64,000 bases of DNA, from IMG/VR virus record IMGVR_UViG_3300036803_000040, positions 1-64,000 of that record; one strand, 5' to 3'. Both the position numbers and the translations under genes were made by a program. Every line of letters begins with the position of its first letter. The stretch's first letter is position 1. Below, one piece after another: positions 34,260-43,600 of this stretch. The notes below the pieces were generated by a model. It was not told the origin of the DNA. It saw nothing but the letters and a program-made list of their open reading frames with translations, and did not search any database. Source of the DNA: a virus (taxonomy: Duplodnaviria; Caudoviricetes).

Positions 34260-35442
34260 AGAGCTTCACAAACACGTTCGCGGCCGCGAACTGCTGCATG
34301 TTGTTGTGCGCCGTGCCCGAGCCCGCGTTCTGGACGGTGACGCCCGTCGCGGCACCGCGGATCGAGATCCCGGTGCCGGCGCCAAAGATGCCGATGCCCG
34401 TCCCGGATCCGGCTGTTCCGTACTCAGCGCCGCCCCCGTAGTTGTTGTTCGTGTTCGTCATCGCCTGGCCCGCACCGGACTGCGGCATGAACGGTGTCGC
34501 TGACCAGCCGGCGTTACCGGGATTCGTCGGCGGACCGTTCATCCCGTGCGAATGGCCGGGATCGCTGACGCCGTGGCCGTGGCCCGGATCGTTGATCCCA
34601 TGCGCGTGCGTGGGATCGGTGACGCCGTGGCCGTGGACCGGGAGCTCTGCGACGCTCAGCACGTGCGTGTTCTCACCGCCGCGGGTGCCGAGCGGCCGGG
34701 TGACGCTCGCGCCGATGATCGTCGTGTCGCGGTAGTCCGGCACGTTGAAGGTCGTTGAGCCGTCGCCGGCGCCGTGCCGGGTGCCGATCGCGGCGAACAG
34801 TGCCGCGTAGCGCGGGTCGGCCCGCAGATAGGCCGTGCCGTCAGCCAGGACACACCCGACGCGTGTCGGCGCGGCGCTGACGATCAGATCGCCCGGCTGC
34901 GCGCTCGTGGAGTCAGCGACGGGGATCGCCCCGATCATCGCCGGCGTCAGCGCGTCCGGGCCCCCGGCGGCATGCCGGCCAGCGTGCAGCGGCGTGACGG
35001 GCGCGAGCTGATCAAGGCGGGTGATCTTCGTGCCATCCCAGACCGCATTGCCGACCTGCCGGTAGACGTCGACCACGCCGGCGACGATCGTCGGCAGAGC
35101 GCCGGGCGCGAGGATCGACAGGCCGAACGTGTAATCGGTGTCGTCGCTGAACGGCGCCGGCGACGCCGTGATGTTGTTGTTTTTCGCCGTCGCGAAGATC
35201 GGATATGTGCCGGCGGCACCGCCGGGATGCGCGATCGTGATCGGCGCCTCGATCCAGCGCCACAGCCCCTTGATCGACAGGATCGCCGCGGAGTCGTTCG
35301 CGCCGGCCGCGACCTGCACGTGCGTCGCGTCGGTCTGCACCAGCTGAAACTGCGAGCTGAGCACCGAGAGCACCTTCGTGAGCGCATTCGCGAACCACGA
35401 CGGGAACACGTCGTCGCGGATAAACGTCTCCATCTGCAGCAT
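34258..35442 (-). CDS. Tail fibre with collar domain
   Basis: VLADGTAY...YAALFAAIGTRHGAGDGSTTFNVPDYR; LSVAELPVHGH; HNNMQ. Confidence 0.85.
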   Translation of the reverse strand: MLQMETFIRDDVFPSWFANALTKVLSVLSSQFQLVQTDATHVQVAAGANDSAAILSIKGLWRWIEAPITIAHPGGAAGTYPIFATAKNNNITASPAPFSDDTDYTFGLSILAPGALPTIVAGVVDVYRQVGNAVWDGTKITRLDQLAPVTPLHAGRHAAGGPDALTPAMIGAIPVADSTSAQPGDLIVSAAPTRVGCVLADGTAYLRADPRYAALFAAIGTRHGAGDGSTTFNVPDYRDTTIIGASVTRPLGTRGGENTHVLSVAELPVHGHGVTDPTHAHGINDPGHGHGVSDPGHSHGMNGPPTNPGNAGWSATPFMPQSGAGQAMTNTNNNYGGGAEYGTAGSGTGIGIFGAGTGISIRGAATGVTVQNAGSGTAHNNMQQFAAANVFVKL

Positions 35443-35478
35443 CGCCACAGCCTAAGCGCCGCTCGGCGCTGATACCCC
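35443..35478 (-). promoter_or_regulatory. Late-class leaderless promoter GGGGTAT-N16-TTAGGCTGTGGCG-ATG
   Basis: Identical 7-bp and 13-bp blocks to the copy at 60578. Confidence 0.72.
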
Positions 35479-35485
35479 GCGCGGC

Positions 35486-36043
35486 TTAGGCGCCGAACTC
35501 GTTTTCGTCGAGCTGTGAGACGTCGAGCTCGAACGTGGCCGTCGAGACGAACTCGATCTCGAGGTGCGCATCGGTGATGTCACGGATCTGCGTCTGCGCG
35601 TCAAGGAAGCTCGATGAGCCCGACGGGAACGGGACGGTGATCTGAATGATGCCGTCCGCCGGCGAGCTCGGGTCCGCCGGGTCATGCTCGAGGTATGACC
35701 AGCCCGGCCCGACGATCTCGGTGATCGTCTGCTCCCACTCAAAGCCCTCGCCGCCGCCGAGCGCCTTGCGCAGCCGCGCGAAGATCCGTTGCCGGCGCGT
35801 CGGAATGTCGGCGCCCGACCCTCCGACCGGCAGCCGGAGCTGAAACTCCCACGCGTCCAGCAGCACGTCCGCGGTGCCCGGATTGAACTGTGAGCGGACG
35901 ATCTCGACTGCCGCCTCGACGAGCGCGACCTCTTTGGAGACGGCGTTCGCGACCGCCATGTACTCATAGCTGCCCCGCAGCGGCGGCGGGAGCTGCGCGA
36001 GCATCGCCTGCCCGAGCTCGGTCAATACGGCCGGATCGGGCAT
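35486..36043 (-). CDS. Baseplate wedge protein (XkdU/DUF2313-like)
   Basis: LDAWEFQLRLP...RRQRIFARLR; follows baseplate J. Confidence 0.75.
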   Translation of the reverse strand: MPDPAVLTELGQAMLAQLPPPLRGSYEYMAVANAVSKEVALVEAAVEIVRSQFNPGTADVLLDAWEFQLRLPVGGSGADIPTRRQRIFARLRKALGGGEGFEWEQTITEIVGPGWSYLEHDPADPSSPADGIIQITVPFPSGSSSFLDAQTQIRDITDAHLEIEFVSTATFELDVSQLDENEFGA

Positions 36044-37248
36044 CAGAGCGCCAGTGACGCGAGATAGGGCGCCTGCGGCGGCGACAGCGACACAGCGACG
36101 TTCGCCGCGGCCCCGTTGAGCTGCACGCCGCCGGCGTCATGGATGCCCGGCCACGTGGCGATGATGCCGGCCACACGAGCGAGCACCGTCTCATCGCCGG
36201 GCAGCACCGTCAGCAGGTAGGCGGAGATCGCCGCGGCGATGTCAGGCTGCACCGCGACCGTGCCGCCCGTCCCGTCGGCGGAGTAGCCCGTCTCATAGAC
36301 GATCGAGGCGACGGTCACAGCGATCCCGAGCGGGACGCTCGTCTCGACGCTGGCCTGCGCGCCGACGGGCGCCAGCCCTGAGCCCTTGCCGGGAACCGGG
36401 TCGATCGCCTGCTGCAGCCCGGTGACCACCGGCGTCGGTAGCGGCTGCCCGTTCGGGTCGGTGATGAGCACCAGCACGCTATTCGGGCCGGTCGGTGTCG
36501 GCACCACCTTGACGTTGCCGACGCCCGGCCATGCGCTCGCCCACTTGATATAGGCGGCGACGTTCGCCCCGCCCTGGCCGACGATCGCCTGCAGCACCCG
36601 GATCCGCAGCGACTCGTCGCTCTCGGGATCGGTGCCGCCGCCGGTAGCGGCCGCGTTGGTCACCGTGACACCGACCGGCAGCGGCGTGCTCGGTGCAGTG
36701 ATCGCACCCGCGGCGACGTCGCCGGCGGCGCCGGGCTCGGTGGCCTGGATCGAAAGGTCAAGCGAGCCGGTGCCCGTGCCGGCGTCAGGGATGACACCGG
36801 CCTGCGTGACCTCATAGGTCGGTGTCACATCGTCAGGCCCGATCGGGACGGTGGCCACGGTCGTGCCGAGCGTGATCTCGGTGCCGGCGGGCCCGGCGAA
36901 CGTCTCGGTGCCCAGCGAGCGCGTCGCCTCGAGCCGGTCGATGTTGTAGGCCGCGGCGAGATCGTCGAGATAGGTGCCCCACGCCCAGAGAATGAACGCC
37001 GACATCGGCACCTCGGTGCCGGCCAGGTCATACAGCCGAGCGCACTCGCGGACGGCCGGCATCACCGCCATGTACCAGTGCCCGCCCTCCCGCGTGTCCA
37101 CCCACTGATCGGCGTCGGCGACGGGATCGAGGCCCTCGTTCGCCCAATCGATCCACCGGTTGAGGATCACGTCCTCGGTTTGATCCGCGAACAGGCCGAC
37201 GAAATCGATCGTCGGGTCTATCGCGGATGCGGGCGCGCTCGTGCTCAT
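36043..37248 (-). CDS. Baseplate J-like protein (XkdT-like)
   Basis: AWGTYLDDLA, GGTDPESDESLRIR, GGANVAAYIKWA. Confidence 0.9.
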   Translation of the reverse strand: MSTSAPASAIDPTIDFVGLFADQTEDVILNRWIDWANEGLDPVADADQWVDTREGGHWYMAVMPAVRECARLYDLAGTEVPMSAFILWAWGTYLDDLAAAYNIDRLEATRSLGTETFAGPAGTEITLGTTVATVPIGPDDVTPTYEVTQAGVIPDAGTGTGSLDLSIQATEPGAAGDVAAGAITAPSTPLPVGVTVTNAAATGGGTDPESDESLRIRVLQAIVGQGGANVAAYIKWASAWPGVGNVKVVPTPTGPNSVLVLITDPNGQPLPTPVVTGLQQAIDPVPGKGSGLAPVGAQASVETSVPLGIAVTVASIVYETGYSADGTGGTVAVQPDIAAAISAYLLTVLPGDETVLARVAGIIATWPGIHDAGGVQLNGAAANVAVSLSPPQAPYLASLAL

Positions 37249-37778
37249 GCTCCTCCTGCCTGAAGTGTGACGTTAGAGACGGTCACTGACTGATCCTCAT
37301 CGGTGATCACGTCCATGCTGAGCACGGTCAAGATGCCCGTCGTGGGATCCCAATCGAGGGAGATGTTCTCCACGCTCGTGATCCGATCGTGGACGAGCAG
37401 CGCCTCGACGATGCTGCGCTGCCAATCGGAGATCGCCTCGCCCTCGGCGAGCTCGCCGATGATCCCGTCGGGCTCCTCCATCCCGAACACGTCCGAGAAG
37501 ATCGGGTGTGCGTAGCGGGCGGAGTGCATCGCCGCCTGGCACCACTCCGCTACCGCGTCGAGATCAGTGACCGGCGTCGCGGACTGTCCGGTGCGCACGA
37601 ACTGCCCCGCCTGCCAATCAAACTGCCACGTCTGCCCGAGCGGCTGCGGCGGATCCGGTGTCGCCGGCGTCACCACGTCGGTGATCGCCAGCGCGCCGGC
37701 TGCGGCCGCGGCGAGATCCTCCGCCGGCGTGGACTGCGGATCGTCGGCCGGAACCAAAGTGAAATCGTTGAAGCTCAT
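37245..37778 (-). CDS. Baseplate gp25/XkdS-like (DUF2634) protein
   Basis: WQFDWQAGQF...EWC..A..SARY..PIFS..FG...EALLVHDRITSV. Confidence 0.8.
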   Translation of the reverse strand: MSFNDFTLVPADDPQSTPAEDLAAAAAGALAITDVVTPATPDPPQPLGQTWQFDWQAGQFVRTGQSATPVTDLDAVAEWCQAAMHSARYAHPIFSDVFGMEEPDGIIGELAEGEAISDWQRSIVEALLVHDRITSVENISLDWDPTTGILTVLSMDVITDEDQSVTVSNVTLQAGGA

Positions 37779-38080
37779 CGGCTCACCACGTCAAACGCAT
37801 GCCATTCCCCATCGTTACGGCCCACCCACACGAGATCGCCGACGGCCACCTGGCCGGCCGTCACCCGCGCCCGCAGAGTCTCCCCCAACGTGAAGTCAGG
37901 ATCTCCGTCCTCGAGCGTGAGCTCGCCCTGCACCTCGCCGATCACGAACGGAGAGATCGTCATCACCGTGAAGCGGTCGACGCCCGAGAGCTCGTTCGCG
38001 TGCACCTCACGGACCAGCGCGCGCAGCCGCATCGCGAGCTGATCGAACACCTGCCCGTTGCGAGGCTCGCGGGTTCTCAT
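37775..38080 (-). CDS. Baseplate spike-like (XkdR-like) protein
   Basis: Position, and C-terminal VGDLVWV OB-like motif. Confidence 0.6.
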   Translation of the reverse strand: MRTREPRNGQVFDQLAMRLRALVREVHANELSGVDRFTVMTISPFVIGEVQGELTLEDGDPDFTLGETLRARVTAGQVAVGDLVWVGRNDGEWHAFDVVSR

Positions 38081-38487
38081 CCGACCGGCGCCACATTCGC
38101 CTGCAGGGACACGATCGTCAGCCGGTTCAGCGCCAGGAACAGCCGGCGGGTGATCGACACCTGCGCCGGCACGTCGGCGGAGTCCAGCACGTAGGCGAAC
38201 ACCTCCCGCGTGTAGAACTGCACGCGGATGATCTCGCCGATCAGATCGTCAAGCCCGGCGCCCGTCTGCACCAGCGCGAAGCTGCCGGACTCCGGGTTCA
38301 CGCTCGAGTCATGCCAGCCGACAGCGAGCCGCTGCGGGTCGGCCAACGGCCCGCCGGCGAATAGCGCCTGCGCGGTGGAGAACACGCGCCGGCCGGCGAG
38401 GATCTCGAGCTCCTGCCCGCCCGCCGGCGTCGACGTCGGCGGTGTCGCCCCCGGAGTCGCGGGGATCAGATCAACGATTTCAGGGAT
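38077..38487 (-). CDS. Baseplate-region hypothetical protein (start uncertain: ATC 38487 or GTG 38385)
   Basis: Frame open to 38499; AAGGGG RBS 7 nt before ATC CCT GAA. Confidence 0.55.
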   Translation of the reverse strand: MPEIVDLIPATPGATPPTSTPAGGQELEILAGRRVFSTAQALFAGGPLADPQRLAVGWHDSSVNPESGSFALVQTGAGLDDLIGEIIRVQFYTREVFAYVLDSADVPAQVSITRRLFLALNRLTIVSLQANVAPVG

Positions 38488-39781
38488 GGCTGCGCCCCTT
38501 CAATTTCGGCCGGGGACGCGTGACCCGCTTGGCGCGGCGCTTCGCCGCGGCCTTCCGAGCTCGCGTCTTCGGGTTGCGTGACGACGAGAACGACTTGAGG
38601 CCCGCCCCGATGTACGGGTCGGTGGCCGTGAAATCCCACTGCGTCTGATAGACGCCCGCCTGGACGGTGTGCACCGCCCGCGTGCAGAACACGAACGAGT
38701 CAGAGCCCTTATAGCCCTCCGCCGGCAGCTCGAGCTCGATCCCGTCGCCGCGCAGGATGAACGGGATCCCCTGATGCGTGATCGAGATCGTGTCGTTGAG
38801 CCGCAGCCGCTTCGCGAGCTCGCGCTGCACCAGCCCCCGCAGCTCCGCGTGCGAGCTCACCCGGCCGAAATTGTGCGTGTCGTGCACGTAGCCGAGCAGC
38901 TTCACGACCGACCGGTCATAGTCGGTGTATGAGATCCCGCGGGTGCCGTGGCCGTGGCCGAGCCGCCCGTGGCCGGTGAGCACCGTCGTCGGCACCTTCT
39001 GGCCGGTCTTCTGCGCCAGCGCCGCCGTCTGGATCTGCGGGCCGATCAGGTAGATCATCGGGTTGCGCGCCAGCGGGACGATCTCGAGCTCGCCGTTGCG
39101 CATCCGGATGATGAACGCCCGGCCGCTCTTGGCCTTTTCCTTCTGATAGGCATGCTTGAGCACCGCCAGGCCGGTCACCCCCTTGAGCTTGAGCTCAAAC
39201 CGGGTCGTGCCCTTCGCGGCGAGCCGGATCTTGATCCCGAGCGTGCGCCCGACGATCGCCGCCACCTCATTGCACGTGTACCCATACGGCCGGTGCTTGG
39301 TCTTGCGAAACCACCAGTCGCGGCTGCCGCTGTCCAGCAGCGCCATGTCGTCCTGCAGCGTCAAGGTCACCTGGCCCGTCTCGAGCTCCACCTGCGGCGC
39401 GGTGCTGCGCATCGTCCACAGCTGATAGGTGCCCTCCTCCCACTTCACGCGGCAGCGGACGAGCTGGCCGCGGGAGATCGGCAGCGTCCGCGGATCCTGA
39501 CTCTCGGGCCGGTAGGCCGTCAGGCTGCCGACCATCGTCGACTGCTGATCGGTCCACGTCAGCGTGTCGACCATCCGATCGATCGGCAGCGGCGGCTGCT
39601 TAGGCCGCAGCACATCGAGCATGAACTGAAAGTCGCCCGGCGTGACGGATGGCTGCTTGTAGCGATAGAAGTGCGAAAGGTTCGGCGTGCGAGCTTTCGC
39701 GACCGGCGTTGAGCGCTGCTGCTCCCGGCCCGTCGTCTTGCGCTTTGGCGCGACCAGCGACGCGCCGCCCGAGCTCGACAT
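38480..39781 (-). CDS. Baseplate hub protein (XkdQ/gp27-like)
   Basis: Position after LysM protein; GIPFILRGDGIEL...VHTVQAGVYQTQWDF. Confidence 0.8.
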   Translation of the reverse strand: MSSSGGASLVAPKRKTTGREQQRSTPVAKARTPNLSHFYRYKQPSVTPGDFQFMLDVLRPKQPPLPIDRMVDTLTWTDQQSTMVGSLTAYRPESQDPRTLPISRGQLVRCRVKWEEGTYQLWTMRSTAPQVELETGQVTLTLQDDMALLDSGSRDWWFRKTKHRPYGYTCNEVAAIVGRTLGIKIRLAAKGTTRFELKLKGVTGLAVLKHAYQKEKAKSGRAFIIRMRNGELEIVPLARNPMIYLIGPQIQTAALAQKTGQKVPTTVLTGHGRLGHGHGTRGISYTDYDRSVVKLLGYVHDTHNFGRVSSHAELRGLVQRELAKRLRLNDTISITHQGIPFILRGDGIELELPAEGYKGSDSFVFCTRAVHTVQAGVYQTQWDFTATDPYIGAGLKSFSSSRNPKTRARKAAAKRRAKRVTRPRPKLKGRSHP

Positions 39782-40611
39782 CAGGCGCCCTGCCCGCCGT
39801 TGAGCCCGAGCAGCTGCGGCCGTGGCGCCAGCCCGACCTGCACGTTCGGGATCTTGATCTTGTAGCCCACCTTGAAACGCCCCGGCAGCTTGACCAGCGG
39901 CGTCTTCTGCCCGAACCGCTTGCTGATCCCGTTCGCATCCCGAATCTCGCGCCAGAACGCATAGCTGCCGTAATACTCAAAGCTCAGCGACGAGAGCGTG
40001 TCGGTCGCCTTCAGCGCGTGCGTTGTCGGCAGCGTGACCCCGTGCTTGCGTGACGTCGAGCTGCGCCGAGCCGTCCGCGGGTCGCGCCACTCACTGATCG
40101 AGATCGTCACGTACCGCGTCTCGAGCTCGCCGTTGCGCACGTCGGTGGAGACATCCCGAAACGTGCACTGCATGTCGAGCTCCGACGTCGCCTGATGGCG
40201 CGACGGGTTGAAGAACACCATCAGATGCACAGCCTTTTTGAAGCGCAGGATCTCCGAGATCCGCCGGCGAATCTCCTGCGGATCCTGGCCGGTGGCCACC
40301 AGCCACGGCGCATCGAAGTCGACGATGATCGCGCTCGGCGTCACCGTCCGCAGCTGCCGCGCGTTCTGATCGCCCATCGCCGGCTGTGAGAAGTGCCCGC
40401 CCGAGAGCGTGTCGTACTCGTTATGCAGCGCCGTCTCGTCGACGGTGAACGGGTCAAGCATCGCCGGCAGATAGATGTTGCGGTCAAGCGCACCCTTCGG
40501 TGTCACACCCTTGATCGGCGCGAACCTGGCGACGAGGCCCTCCCCCGTCATCCGGGCCCGGCTCGCCGGCTTGCTGGCCGGCACCAGCGACGCTCCGCCC
40601 GAGACGCTCAT
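39781..40611 (-). CDS. Tail tube initiator with LysM (XkdP-like)
   Basis: HALKATDTLSSLSFEYYGSYAFWREIRDANG. Confidence 0.8.
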   Translation of the reverse strand: MSVSGGASLVPASKPASRARMTGEGLVARFAPIKGVTPKGALDRNIYLPAMLDPFTVDETALHNEYDTLSGGHFSQPAMGDQNARQLRTVTPSAIIVDFDAPWLVATGQDPQEIRRRISEILRFKKAVHLMVFFNPSRHQATSELDMQCTFRDVSTDVRNGELETRYVTISISEWRDPRTARRSSTSRKHGVTLPTTHALKATDTLSSLSFEYYGSYAFWREIRDANGISKRFGQKTPLVKLPGRFKVGYKIKIPNVQVGLAPRPQLLGLNGGQGA

Positions 40612-43600
40612 CCCTCAGCCCCCGCCAGGCTCGCGTCAGTCGCGCCGGATGTCCGGTCGATCGCGTCGAGGATCTTGCCGGCGACGTCGTTCGCGACCGC
40701 CTCGAGCTGATTCTTGTCGCCGCCGTAGAACGTCACGCCGTTCATTGTGATCTGAATCGACCGGCCACCCGCGCCGCCGTGGCCGATCGTGACTGTCTCG
40801 CGGCCCTTCTCGCCGGCGCCGAACAGTGTCGGGCCCATCGTCGTGAACGTGCCGCCCTTGGCGTTCCACCCCGCCCAATTGACGCGCCCGCCGGTGCTGT
40901 ACCAGTTGTTTGCCCGCTCGTGCGCCTCAGCGGCCGCGGGTGAGCCGTAGCGGCCCCGGATGTAGTTCAGGCCCCACGCGATCTGCGCCGGCGCGTCGCC
41001 CATGTTGTACGGGTGGCCGTGACCGAGCGCCTGCGGGATCCCGTAGGCCCCCGAGCTCGAATTGAGCGCGTTGGCGTTCCAACCGGACTCCTGCGTCCAG
41101 AGCGCCTGCAGCGCCGGCCACTGATCCATCCCCCAGCCCGCGGAGAGCATCATCCGCCGGCCGAGCGTCTGATTGGCCTGATTGCTGCCGCCGCCGTGGA
41201 AGCCGGCGCTGCTGATCGCCGACGAGCCCGTCAGCGCGTTGAGCCTGGACGACATGCCCGCCGCGTACATCACGCCGGCCTGATGCGCCATCGCGCCGGG
41301 GACGCCGCCCATGCCCACGCCCGGAGCTCGCAGAGAGATCGACGACGGGACCACGCCGCCGGCGCCGCCGGGCCCGGCGCCGACCGCGCCCAGACTGTTG
41401 CCGGCGACCGCCATGTGAATGTGATTGAGATGCTGCGCCCACGTGGCCGCGCCCCAATAGCTCGACGGGACACCCTTGCCGAACTTGACCGACAGGTTCG
41501 GGTTGTGGATCCCCTCGGTCAGCGACCGGGCCAGCCCGCTCGAGCCGATCCACGACGCGGCGCGCAGCATCGTCGCCGAGTCGCCGGCGATGTCCGCCGC
41601 CTCGCCGAGATAGTGGTAGCTGCCGTCGGCGTGACCGCCGCGTGTCGTCGAGGTGATCGACAGCGGGAACCGGTTGAGCACCTGCTGCACCGCGGCGGCG
41701 ATCCCCGCGTGCAGCTCCGGGTGCGCCGCGGTGACGCTCGCCCCGCCGCCCGACATGGCGCCACCGAGCGAATAGCGCGGCGGCGCTGAGTGCGGCCGGC
41801 CCTCGTCGCGGATCATCTGCCACGCCGTCTTGCCGAACTTCGCCATCGTCGCCGACGTCAGATCGTTCATCGTGTGCCGGTTGGCGATGTACGCCTCACC
41901 GGGCGCCGCCATACCACCCGGCACCGGCACCGTATCCAGCAGGCCCGTCCCCGTGATCATGCCGCCGCGCTCATGCTTGGGCAGCCCCGCCGGCGCCTTC
42001 GTCGACAGCGGCGACACAGCCTTGCCGGTGGCCTGCAGGGTCATCACCGACGCGCCGGCGTTCGCCGCGGCCTGGCCACCCTGCGCCGTCTGCGTGACGA
42101 TCTGGCGCGCCTGCGACCGGGAGAAACCCATCTGAGTCAGCGCGTCGATCGCCTCGCGCTGAATCGTCCCCCAGATCCCCGACAGCTTCTCCTGCGCCAC
42201 CAGCGCCGGGTTCACCATCGAATCCTTGATCTTGCCCCACGTCGTCTGCGAGCCGGTGAGGATCTGACCGTTGAAGTAGAACACCCGGTCGGTGAGATCC
42301 TTGAAATTGCCCAGCACGTTGTCGTGCAGGTTGTTTATGTCCTTCGTGATCCCGGCCATCAGCCGCTCGAGCGGCCGGCGCATCTTGGGATCCTCCGCCG
42401 ACATCTGCCCCGCCCACGTCGCCATGTCGGAGGCGAAGCTCTTAGCGCCCGCCGGCCCGAGCTGCGTGATCTGCGAGCCCATCCCCTTGAGCATCGTGTT
42501 GACGGCCTTATTCGGCCCGACACCCCGGCTGATGCCGCGGGTAAACGCCGTCTCCCACGTGTTCGACGCGTAGCCGCCGGCGTTCGCGGCGCCGACCGAC
42601 AGTGCGTGCTGCATGAACGCGTTGACCTTCGCCTGATCGGCCGGTGACATCTCAAGGATCGAGCCGGGCACCTCGATGCGGCCCTGCAGCGCGTGCAGCT
42701 GCCCCGGCGTGCGCACGGCGCCGGCCTGCGCGGCGATCGCGCGCATCTGCGGGCTCGAGATATTCGCGCCGGCGTTATCGGTCCCGAACGCCGCGTGCAG
42801 GATCCCGCTGAACGTCTGCGGGGAGACAGCCCCGAGCGTCAGCGTGCTCGCCGCCGTCGACACGCCCGTGTTGATCGAGTGCGCCACCCCGCCGCCCGAC
42901 TGCACGCCGGCCAGGATCCCCTGAATCGCCGCGAGCGGCAGCAGGATCCGCGCCGCACCACCAGCCGCACCGCGAGCCGCACTGCCCGCCTGGCCCAGCC
43001 GCCCGACGATCCCGCCACGCTCAGCCATCGGCACCACGCCCGAGCTGACCGGCATCGCATACCGTGCGCCCTCGACCCCCCCGTAAGCCTGATTGAACGC
43101 CACCTCGCCGCGAGCAGCGCCGATCCCGAGCCGGTCCGCCGTGCTCGAGCGCAGCAGCATCCCACCACCGGCCGCGAGCATCAGCCCGTTCGCCCCCGCC
43201 GAGCTCGCCCCCGGCATCAGGTAAGAGCTGCCGCCGGCCAGCGCCCGCTGTTCAGCTGCGCTCGCGCCGACCACCATGCCACCGCCGGCGCGGGCCCCCC
43301 CACCGCGCAGGAACCCCGGCCCTCCCGTGATGAACGTGCCCGCCAGGCCGGCCGCGGACGGTCCACCCCCACCCAGCGCCCCCCGCGCACCCTCATAGCC
43401 GCCATACAGCAGCGCGGCGCCGCTCAGCAGGCTCCCTCCGCCCAACCCAGACGCGAACTGCATGAACTGCTCGGCGCGGCTGAGCAGCGGCGTGACCGAC
43501 TGCACGATCTGCCAGATGTCCTTGACGAGATTGCCGATGACCGTCGCGATCCGCGAGATCCCCTGCTCGCTGTCGCGGAAGAACTGACGCACCTTGTCGG

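Noticed and set aside
35472-35478. GGGTAT read as a SigB/SigF-type -10 element
   Set aside because: No GTTT -35 at the right spacing, and it sits exactly 17 nt upstream of a TAGGCT -10 with leaderless geometry.
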